From: Camelus dromedarius
Lineage: Eukaryota
DNA length: 64,000 nucleotides
Reading direction: 5' to 3'
Assembly: GCF_036321535.1 (NCBI RefSeq)
Contig: NC_087462.1
Span: 9,672,001-9,736,000 of the forward strand
Positions within the stretch are counted from its first letter, which is position 1; every line of letters starts with the position of its first letter. The position numbers and the translations under genes were made by a program. The notes under the pieces were generated by a model, which saw nothing but the letters and a program-made list of their open reading frames with translations, was not told the origin of the DNA and did not search any database. Below, piece after piece: positions 44,401 to 54,180 of this stretch.

Positions 44401-47400
44401 GTTCTGTAAGGGGGTGAGCTCCCTGTCAGAGGGGGTATGTAAGAAGAGGCATAGTGAAGACAGAACTGAGTGGAGAACACCGGGGAGTTGGTGATAGACC
44501 TCTGGAAGGTTTTTTGCCCCCAAGGACTTTTTTGAGCTCCCTCAGGCTGAAACAGACCCAGGTTTTGACAATAGCTTGGTGGCAAAACCTTGGATGGTAC
44601 AGGGTTTGGGGTCAAAGGGATCTGAAAAAAATCCCAGATGCCTCCTTGAGCCTCAGGTCCTAATCCACAAACAGGAGGGCCAATCCGGGACTCCTATGTC
44701 AGCAGTGTGGTCCCGAAAGGGCCCTGGAGGGAGCACAGGGTGTTCTTGTGGCCGTGGCCTGAGTCACCTTCCCCGTGACGCACAGGGTGTTGTCCAGCGG
44801 ATGACTGGGTTCCAGGAGGCGGTGAGGGGGACAAAGGCATCGAGCTATGACCTGAACGTGTGCCAGCCACCCTTGATGCTCCTGCAGAGACCCCAGGTCC
44901 CTTGCTCTGGCCATTTGTGGAAAGCACTTTACAGTTGGCACAGCATTTCATGCCCTTGATTTCAGAGACCCCCTTTTTGTAGAGGTGGAAAGTGAGGCTC
45001 AGGGGGAGGGTATAGCTCAGTTTAGAGTGTGTGTTTAGCATTCACGAGGTCCTGGGTTCGATCCCCAGTACTTCCATTAAATAAGTAAATAAATAAACCT
45101 AATTACCTCCCCAGTCAAAATTAAAAAAAAAAAAAAGAAGAAAAACAAAACAAGTAAGACTCAGAAGGGTGGAATGAGAGGCCCAGGGTCACTCCCCGAC
45201 TCTGCTCTCCCTTCTCTCCTGCCTTGGCTCCTGTCACCTTCTGCCACTCTAGTCTGGCCCCAAGACCTTTGTTCTGGCTGTTAATGGCACTCCGAGTGCT
45301 GTTCCCTCAGCCTTTCTCCAGGTTGGCTCCTGTCCAACCTCCAGCTCAAGGGCCCCTTCCTCTTTGAGGCCCTCCTTTGGCTGTCTGGAGTCAGCACCTG
45401 AGTTTATGTCTCAGCTCTGCCACTTCCTGACTGTGTGACCTGGGGCACAATGCTTACCCTCTCTGGGCCTCATTTGCTTCATCCAGAAAGTGGGGATAAC
45501 AGTAGCTCTCCCACTGATTTGAATTCTGAAGATTTTTTTTGGGGGGGTGGGGGAGTTATTAGGTTTATTTGTTAATTTTGATGGAGGTACTAGGGATTGA
45601 ACCCAGGACTTTGTGCATGCTAAGCACACACTCTACCACTGAGCTACACCCTCCCTCCAGATTTCTGAAGATTTAATGAGTTAGTCGGGCAGGGTGCTTA
45701 GGACAGTGCCAGGATCACAGTAAGCGCCCAATAACAGTAGACTCTTGGACACCCTTCTTATCCTACCTCCTTCAGTGTCTCTCTGGCCCAGTATTCAGGG
45801 AGTTTCATGAACAGAACTGTGTGTGTCTTGGTCACTGCTGTGTCCCCTGGGCCCAGCATAGGGCCTAGTATACAGCAGGTGCTCAATTAAGGAAGCAACA
45901 AGTGTGAGACGAGTATTGCTCCACCCTCGTCCTGTACGCAGACTCATCCAAAGCCCTAAGACGGAACTGTCTCAGCCTGCCCAGGAGCCTCACCTGGATG
46001 AGGCTATGGAGCTACCGGCAGAGGGCCGCTGGGACTCCAGGATCCTCCTCTTGAATTCCTCCAGGCCAGCTGGGTCTGCCGAAAGAGAGAGGGGTCAGCT
46101 CCGACCTAATGCCTTAGTAGCTCCAGCTCCTGGGCTAGAGATGGGCTGGCAACCCAGGATTCAAGGTGGAATCTGCCCCTCTTTTCTGGTTCTGCCCTCT
46201 GTCACTCACCGATGGGCGGGGGGTTGGGGACAGGGACCACAGGTCTTGGCAAGGGTATCGGCTGCGACTGTGGAAAGAAGGGTGAAAGGAGGTTGGTGGA
46301 GGCCCCTCAACATGCGTCCCAGGGAGGCTCCTGCCCCTCCATGCCCTTGGAGACCTGGGTCTGAGTTCCCTCCAGGGCAGAGAAACAGACAGATACCCAC
46401 GGAGAAGGACACATGTGATATCACCTGTAGCCACCTTCCTCAAATGACTGGGGACTCCAGGGACTGGCTTCCCTCAGCTGTGCCTCAGGGACTCCTCTCT
46501 GCAGGGGTCCTGCCTTGGTCTCCATTACAGCCTCTGGGCCAATCTGACTCCAATCCATGACCCCAGCTGAGTACATTCACCCATACCAGCTCCCCTCTGG
46601 ACTGATGCTAACCTGTTCTGTAAACCAACCTGACCTCCATCCTCAATGCCATCCTTGAACAACCCTGAACTAAACCCCCTAAGCCTGAAATCCAAGGCCA
46701 GTTCTGAACTCAGTCAGCTAAAATCTGTTCCCAACATGAAAACAGAACCTTCCTCAGAATCAAACCCTGACCTAAATCTGGTCCCAATGACAAACCTGAC
46801 TTGGCCATAACTTTCATCTTTCTTTCATCTAACTCACCCCCGAGACCCGGCCACTATGAAAAATCTATTCCCAATCCCGTTCCCCCAGCCCCACTATGGG
46901 CCACCCACAAATACCTTCCCAACACCATGCTCAAGGCCAGCTCAGCCTTAGAACTCAGCCTCTACCTGAGCCGGAACCCCAACCCAGCTCCAGCCCAAGA
47001 TTACCAACCACACAGCTTCTACTCTACACCCAGTCTTGACCTTTATGTGAACCCCAGTATATCCCTCTCCTAACTCAGGGTCAGCTAATCCTTCACCTAA
47101 AATATATCCCAAAGCTAGCCCAACTCAACCCCCAACCAGACCACCCTAAGCCCAATCCAATCTCAACTCCTAACACATAGTCAATGCCAATCCCAACCCT
47201 AATGCCCATGAAATCCTGAATCTACTCTTGGCCCCAAACTTTCAAGCATCTCTAGACCCACCAGCCACCTACACTCATCTGAGCCTCAACTTAACACAAT
47301 CCCAAAGCCACTGAAACTTTGGATTCCTTTCTCACCCGACCCTAGACCCAAAGGCTACCTTGCAAGCGACCCCCGACCCAACTATTAGCTTTTCCTCATA

Positions 47401-50400
47401 ATACAAACTCCAAACTCAACCCAGTTCTAAGACTAATGAAATCTTAGATGGAACCCCTAATCTTAACGCAAACCAACTCTAGATATAGGAGTCGCCAAGA
47501 ATTCAAGTCCACCCAGTTCTAAACACAAATTTGGCACCTGCTTCGAGTCTTTCTCTAGATCTGCCTTAACCTTTACCCTAACCCCAATGTCACTCCCAAC
47601 TCTAACCCAGAGCCCCTCGATGCTTCAGCTCAACTCAAACGCATCCCAACCCTAAAACCAGCCCTTGATGAATCTCTAATTCAAATCCTAAGCCAATTTT
47701 GAGGCTCACCAGTCATCTGTGTTTGATTCTAGCATCTATTCTAAATCCACATTCAGTGCCTTAACTCACCGCACTCCCAAAGTAACTGCAATTTTATTCA
47801 CCCGTCACTCAACCCTGGACCCAACGGCCACCCTACCTTCAACTCTAGTCATAACCCCACACCCTTTCTCAGTGTTGATCCCCACTCTCAACTCCTCCCC
47901 AATCTTAATGTCAGTGAAAGTCTCGAGCGAGTCCTAACTTACACGACCTAGACTGGGAAGCCGACCTCAAAACCAAGTTAAAAAAAAGCAACAAACACTC
48001 CCCACTAAATTCAAACCCAAGTCCAACATCACCACCAACCCAACTTGGCCTCTAGACACCTCCCCCTCAGTGCAACCTGAATCCAGGGCCCGCCAGCCCA
48101 CCTTGGCCTTGATGCAGGTGTCCAGGGCCGAGTTGCTGACGGCCAATTGCATCTTGAGATGCTCAGCCTCTCGTTTCTTCTCCTCTAGCTCTTTGGCCAG
48201 GTTGTCCCGCTCCTTCCGCAGTGTCGCCTTCTCCTCCAGGGCCAGCTGGGTCTGCCGGGCACATTCGGCCTGGAGCTTGGCCTCCCGGGCCTGGGCCTCC
48301 TTCTCCACCTTCTCCTTGGCCTCCTGACTGGCTCGCAGGGCCTGCTCGACCTCCAGCTTCTGGCGCTGGAGGTCCGAGTTTTCTCGGGCCACGCGATCAA
48401 TGCCAGCCCGCAAGCTCCGGGCCAGCTCCTCCACCTTGGTGCTCATGAGGGCGGGCATCTGGTCACAGGTTCTCCGGATGGAGGCCACTTCTGAGCCGAT
48501 GGGATGGAATATGCCGTAGCCCAGGTTATCAAGGGAGCGTGGGATGATGGAGTCCCTCCAGAGTCTGTACAGCTCTGCCTCCAACTTCTCCTTATCCAGA
48601 GGGAGGCAGAGGGTCTGCACCCGCTGCAGCTGGTTCTCGGCCAGCTGTCGCTGCTGCCGCTGCTGGTCCTGGGCTTTGCTGCACTCGGCCAGCTGCTCCT
48701 CCACCACTCGCTTGCCCAGTGCCAGGCCATCCTTGTCTTTAGTGCATATCGCCTTCTCCTTTGCCAGCTCCATCTCCAGTGTCTTGGCTTTCTGGTTCAG
48801 CATGAGGGTCAAAGCTATGGGTATAGGACGATAAGACTCAGGAAGGCTGCGGGAGTTGCCAAGAGACTGGGCAGGGTGTCTGCTATCCCGCTCTCTGCTG
48901 CCCACAGCACTCACCTTCACAGGACTTGTTAGTCTCCTTGAAATGTTCTTGGCATTGTTTCTCACTCAAGATGATGGCGGCCATGTACCGCTGGTTGTTC
49001 ATGTAGATCACCTGCCCAGATGGGACACAGGACAGAGCTCAGTGCCCAGCACCTGCAGGACCTCCTGCCTCCCTGGGCTGCCCAGACCCTTAGGGCTGGG
49101 GCCCCAAATCTGGTACCCGGGTGGTCTGTGTTGGCATAGTTTACAAGAACATGGCTTCTTTGCAGGGGATGGTGGGCCAATCTTCAAAAGTTGTTACGAT
49201 GAATACTATTTGGCCATAAAAAGGAACAAAGCTACATGCTACAACCTGAATGAACCTTGAAAACATTCACATTGACAGCCAATCAAAAACTGACTTTTGA
49301 CAAGGATGCAGATATGGGCTGAATTGTGTCCCCCACCTCAAATTCCTGTGTGGAAGCCCTAACCCTCAGGACCTCAGAAAGTAAATGTATTTGGAGACAG
49401 AGTCTTTAAAGGGGTGGTTAAGATGAGGTCCTTAGGGTGGGCCCTAATCCAGTATGACTGGTGTCTTTATAAGAAGATGTCTGGACACCCAGACATGCAC
49501 AGAGGGAAGATGATGTAAAGACACGAGGAAAATACAGCCCTCTACAAGCCAAGGAGAGAGGCCTGGAACAGATCCTTCCCTGATGGCCCCAGGAACAAAA
49601 CAATTCTGCCAACATCTTGATCTCGTGTATGGGCAAAAATAAATTTCTGTTATTTAAGCCACCTGATTTGTGGTACTTTGTGAAGGCAGCTCTAGCAAAC
49701 ATACACAGGTGCCAAGATCATTTCATGGGAGGGAAGAGTCTTTTGGACAAATGATGCCGGCATAGCGGATAGCCACGTACTAAGGAATGAATTTGGACCT
49801 CTACCTCATGCCGTATACAAAAATTAGCTCTAAATGGATCTAAGACCTAAATGTAAAGGCTAAAACTATATTAACTCCTTAGAAGAAAACATAAGTGNNN
49901 NNNNNNNNNNNNNNNNNNNNNNNNNNNNNNNNNNNNNNNNNNNNNNNNNNNNNNNNNNNNNNNNNNNNNNNNNNNNNNNNNNNNNNNNNNNNNNNNNNNN
50001 NNNNNNNNNNNNNNNNNNNNNNNNNNNNNNNNNNNNNNNNGAAAAAACAACCCATAGATGGGAAAAACCTCACATAGCTCATGTTTGCAACTCATGTATC
50101 TGATGATGAGACTAGTAACCAGAATATATAAAAGCAAACTCTTTCAAATCAATAAGAAAATGACAATCCCATTGAAAAATGGACAAACACGTTTGACGAG
50201 ACACTTCTCCCGAGAACATATACAGAAGGTCCAGAAGCGCATCAAAAGATGTTTAGTCGTCAGGAAATGCAAATGAAAACCATGAGATACTACCTCACGA
50301 TCTTTAGGATGGCTATAAATAAAACAAAAAATAAGAATAAAAGGATTTGTTATCAAAAGCAAAAAAAAAAAAAAAAAAAAAAACCCAACAACCAAAACCT

Positions 50401-53400
50401 AAGTTAAAAAAAAATTTACTGATTTTTTGGAGTGGGTACAGCTCAGTGATAGAGCACATGCTTAGCATGCATGAGGTCCTGGGTTCAATTTCCAGTACCT
50501 CCACTGAAAAAAAATTTTTTCTAAATTTTTAAAAGATTGGTTATCAAAAAATAAGAATAGATAGTAAAAGTATCGGTGAAAGATGTGGAGAAACAGAATT
50601 CTCAGGCATTACTGACAGGAATGTAATGGTGGGACCACTTGGGAAAACAGTCTGGCAGTTTTTCAAAAAGCTGAACATAAAATGACAATATGACCCAGCA
50701 ATTCCACTCCTAGGTGTAGACCCAGGAGCAACAGAAGTGTATGTTCCCGCAAAAACTTGCACACAAACATGCAGAGCAGCACGAGTCACCAGAGCCAACA
50801 GGTAGAAACACTCCAAGTGTTTCATCAGCAGATGAATGGATAAAACAGTCCATAGAGTGGACTACTGTTCAGCCACAAAAAGGAATGAAACCCTGATGCA
50901 CAGGACAACGTGGATGAACCTTGAAAACAACATGCTGAGTCCGAGAATCCAGACCCAAAGATCACAGAACGTATGATTCCGTTTAGACTCAATATCTAGA
51001 ATAAGCAAATCTGTAGAAACAGAAAGCAGATTAGTGGTTGTCAGGGACCGGGGGCGGGGAGGATAGGAAATGGCTAGTAACGGGCACAGGGTTTCTTTTT
51101 GGGGTGATGGAAAGGTTCTAAAATTAACTGTGATGGTGGTTGCACAACTCTGTTAATGTACTAAAAATCATTTTTATGTCCACTTGAAATGGGCCAATTG
51201 TATGGCATGTGAATGGCATTTTTATAAGTTTTATTAGGTTTTTACAAACAAAGGTTGTGCCTTTCAAACTTTGGAACAGAACCCGCTGCAGAAGTATAAC
51301 AAGTCAAGATGTGATTTCCAGCAACATAGATGGACTTAGAGATGATCATATTGAGTGAAGTCAGACAGAGAAAGACAAATGTATGATATCACTTATATGT
51401 GGAATCTAAAAAAAAAATACAAATTCTGTTTATAAACCGAAAACAGACTCATGAACATTGAGAACAAACTATGGTTATGAAAGGGGAAAGGGCGGGGAGG
51501 ATAAGTTAGGGGTTGGGGATTAACAGACATACATTACATATATAAAATAAACAAAGAGAATTATATTCAATTTCTTGTAATAACATATAATGAAAAAAAT
51601 CTGAAAAGAAAAAAAAAAGTATGTATGTGTATAACTGAATCACTTTGCTTTCCACCTGAAACTAACATTGTAAATCAACTACATTTCAATTAAAAAAAAA
51701 TGCGCAAGTCAAGGTGTGAAGAGCCTAGAGGGTTTGCCTTTCTGTTGCTTCTCGTCCTGATTTCTTCGGAAGCTGGCCCTGTGCTAACCACTGGGTGTTG
51801 GGAGAAGATAGAATTAGCTCTGAAAATTTCAGTGACTTCTGCTCTCAAAAGCCTTAACTACAGAAGGGAAAGATCTGCAGGTGTGAGTTGGATCCAAAGA
51901 TGGGCAAGAAAGAAGTTCTCTTCCAGTGAGAGGAAGTGACAAAAAGTGGCCCCCAAATGCTGCTTCGCTCTCCTGTATGCAACCCCAGGTTGGGGTGCTG
52001 GCGCCTTGACACAGGCAGGGGTGGGACATACCCTAAAAAAAACCCCACTGAGTTAATCTTCCCTTTCTCTTCCAGGGCCTCAGGGCCAGAAATGACGTTG
52101 CATTTGTAGAGAACTTAAAAATCCTGTTTCATAACAACACCAGGACTGGAGAAAGACCAAGATTCGTACTTGCTACCATCAGACGCCAGGGGCTGCCTGG
52201 GGCAGGGGTGGCAGGGGTGGCAGGGGTCGGGGCTATTTCCCAGCACCAGCACCCCCTTCCTGGGGGTTCCTGAAGAAAACCCTGAGGGATTCCAGGCCAG
52301 AGGAATTTGTCAACTTGAGAGGGGGAAAAAAACCCCTATAATTTTCAAATTATAAAGTTGTAAAGACCCAGATTCTTAGATTTCTAATATTCTAAGATGG
52401 GGGAGTCCAGGATTCCAAGACGCATGGGAGTGTCTCAAACTTTATGATCCTAGCATTCCTCATGGCTCCTGGACCGGAAGGCCGTGCGTGTCGTGAAAAC
52501 TCCAAATGGGCCAATTCCCAGAAACTGAGAAGTTTGAGCCCCCCTACTCCAGCCTTGGGGGATTTGAGGGGGTACATGGCCTTCTACCCTGAGGATCTGA
52601 GGGGGGACCTGCCTCCTTTGGGGGGGTTGGATGGGGACTCACCTCATTCTGAGGATCTAAGGGGGACTTGCCCTTCCCTGAGGATCTGAGCAGGGGACTC
52701 ACCCCATTCTAGGGGTCTGAGAGGGAAGTGCCCCACCCTGGGGGTCTAAGAGCAGGAGACACAATCCTTCCCTTCCCTGGGCAGGTCTGAGGGGACGCTT
52801 GCACACCCTTCCTGCCAGGTGGCGGGGGCTGGGTGGTCTGAAGCCCCAGAAAATGCCTTTCCTTACCACTGCCCCCTCCCCAACCGGCCAGATGCCTCCT
52901 GTGGGCAAAACCGAGACTGCCCCCATCCAAACTTCCCTTTCCTTGCCCTCTCCGTCCTTCACCCTGTTACAGCCAAGGCCTGAGGAGGGGCCCCTCTCCT
53001 CAGTGTCTCCCAGCAGCAGGACCTCCCAAAGGAATTGCGTGTGTGAGAACATGGGGACAGTGTTGAGTGAGTCTGACGGGATCTGCGGGTGGATAGGACA
53101 GCAGTCTCTACCAGACCCAAGGCCACTGGTGTCTGCCCTCCCACTCCCCTCGAAAGCCTCCTCTCTCAGGTCTCCATCTCCCCGTCCACAGAAGGGTTTA
53201 GAGACTCTCCCTACCTCTTAGGATTCAGTGAAGTGATAACATTTCCAAAGCAGACTCCCAGCATCAGGCAAATCTAAGCCATTCATACTTGTTATTACAG
53301 AGTAAGAACCAAATGCTCTGAGTGTTTATTAAGCCAGTTTTTACTTGTAGCTGGTGTGTGCTGGCACATTCTGGGTGTTTTATGCCTACTAAGTCATGAA

Positions 53401-54027
53401 CCCAGGCCTGTGAACAGACCAGATGCCCAGTTAAACTTGAATTCCAGGTAGACAACAAATTACTTTTTTGAGTCTAAGTATGTCCCAAATATTGCATGGG
53501 ATATACTTACACAAACAAAATATGCATTGCTTAGTGATGTGGGCTTCTCATGCAAACTGTAGAGTTCGTGACTGTCCCTGTCTCATGGATGAGTAAAGTG
53601 AAGCTCAGAGAGGTGAGGTGACCACCCAGGGTCCCCAGGGCGAGTGTTCAGCCCTTACCCGGTCCGCCTGGCACTGGCGGAAGCTGGCGTTGATTCGGTC
53701 CTGGTCTCGCCGGGCGTTCAGAAGCATCTGCATGATGGCATCCTTGGCTCTGGCAGTGAGGTTGAGCTCCTTGGACAGGTTGGCCTGGGAGGCCGTGAGC
53801 CCCATCACTTGGCCGTACAGGCCGTCCGCCCGGCGCTCGGTGGCCTGGAGGTTGGACTCCGTGCCCACATGCACGTTGCCGTAGACCATGAAGAGGACGA
53901 GGCCCAGGATGATGAGGAACTGGATGAGCGAGACAAAGAGGAAAAAGTAGCGGAGATAATACCAGCATCCCCTGGGGCTGCTCCCGGCCCGTGAATAGGG
54001 CCCCCCATGCTCCATCGCCAAGCCCAT
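41424..54027 (-). CDS. PLVAP: PLVAP (PV-1), plasmalemma vesicle-associated protein, 441 aa
   Basis: Exons 54027-53659, 49011-48915, 48814-48102, 46267-46210, 46075-45994, 41430-41424; 1326 nt, GT-AG. MGLAMEHGGPYSRAG...YYLRYFFLFVSLIQFLIILGLVLFMVYG type II TM, long coiled coil, ends SSSG*. AATAAA on - strand 40833-40828. Confidence 0.96.
41851..42031 (-). mobile_element. tRNA-derived SINE, Vic-1-like, with 16-bp target-site duplication
   Basis: ccaggagggtttttct at 41835-41850 and 42032-42047. Confidence 0.88.
43511..43622 (+). mobile_element. tRNA-derived SINE, Vic-1-like
   Basis: ggggagggtatagctcagcagtagagc...gccccagtacctcc plus poly-A. Confidence 0.82.
45002..45150 (+). mobile_element. tRNA-derived SINE, Vic-1-like
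   Basis: Family head and tail; flanked by near-TSD aagtgaggctcag / aagtaagactcag. Confidence 0.82.
45536..45660 (-). mobile_element. tRNA-derived SINE, Vic-1-like, inserted into a MIR
   Basis: Direct repeat ttctgaagattt at 45524-45535 and 45663-45674; MIR-like sequence on both sides. Confidence 0.85.
46560..47990 (+). repeat. C/A-rich degenerate hexamer (CCCTAA-like) low-complexity tract in PLVAP intron 3
   Basis: Visibly G-poor on + strand; exact CCCTAA at 46677, 47144, 47197, 47455, 47576, 47650 amid many CCCAA, CCTAA and CTCAA variants. Confidence 0.7.
49308..49707 (+). mobile_element. MLT1-type (ERVL-MaLR) solo LTR
   Basis: tatgggctgaattgtgtcccc...gggtgggccctaatccagtatgactggtgtc...aataaatttctgttatttaagccac...ca. 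Confidence 0.82.
49898..50040. other. Assembly gap (143 N) inside L1
   Basis: Run of N. Confidence 0.99.
50429..50520 (+). mobile_element. tRNA-derived SINE, Vic-1-like, nested in L1
   Basis: Family head; near-direct repeats gatttgttatcaaaa (~50345) and gattggttatcaaaa (~50534) flank the insertion. Confidence 0.78.
51315..51700 (+). mobile_element. Younger 5'-truncated L1 3' end with poly-A and TSD
   Basis: gatatcacttatatgtggaatctaaaa...ataactgaatcactttgct...aattaaaaaaaaa; flanks caagtcaagatgtga 51300-51314 and caagtcaaggtgtga 51705-51719. Confidence 0.82.
52555..52790 (+). repeat. Degenerate ~30-bp minisatellite in PLVAP intron 1
   Basis: ctgaggatct-type cores at 52589, 52649, 52678, 52709, 52738. 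Confidence 0.75.
53421..53520. mobile_element. Partial MER53-like MITE in PLVAP intron 1
   Basis: agatgcccagttaaacttgaattc...; central palindrome aagtatgtccca 53476-53487 / tgggatatactt 53497-53508. Confidence 0.68.
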
Positions 54028-54119
54028 CTCTTCCCGGCGTCTGCCGCCCGCCGCCCGGTGCACAGCACTGCTCCGCTGGCTGGTCTGCTCTGGGTGGCGG
54101 CTGCTGCCCCTTCTAGACC

Positions 54120-54180
54120 TTGCCCCGGCGGGGGGGCGGGGGGAGTGTTTATATTACTCCTCTTAATACTTCCTCTGCCT
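54120..54180 (-). promoter_or_regulatory. PLVAP core promoter: TATA box and ETS site
   Basis: TATAAA on - strand 54153-54148, about 120 nt upstream of the ATG; AGGAAGT on - strand 54174-54168; GC box ~54134-54142. Confidence 0.6.

Larger units (their letters stand above)
49265..51230 (+). mobile_element. Old L1 (ORF2 3' end and 3' UTR), interrupted by MLT1, an N-gap and a SINE
   Basis: L1 hallmarks: ttttgacaagg, tacaaaaattagctctaaatggatc, gaaatgcaaatgaaaaccatgagatac, tatgacccagcaattccactcctagg, atggatgaaccttgaaaaca-like tracts. Boundaries approximate. Confidence 0.78.

Noticed and set aside
44845-44890. Alternative PLVAP last exon via ctctgcag acceptor at ~44881 (RSIKGGWHTFRS*)
   Set aside because: Poor pyrimidine tract; the true terminal exon with the SG* end and matching 3' UTR is at 41430.
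51700-51939. 79-aa ORF with signal-peptide-like start (MRKSRCEEPRGFAFLLLLVLISSEAG)
   Set aside because: The ATG is created at the L1 poly-A/TSD junction, is antisense within a PLVAP intron, and has no promoter or homology support.
52555-52790. CRISPR-like or other prokaryotic arrays
   Set aside because: Mammalian DNA; the repeats lack identical direct repeats with unique spacers.
53605-54063. N-terminal extension of PLVAP and upstream GTG/TTG starts that the ORF track gives for ABHD8 and CCDC194
   Set aside because: Non-ATG starts in UTR or intron sequence; the recognised ATGs (54027, 7660, 63601) match the known N-termini.
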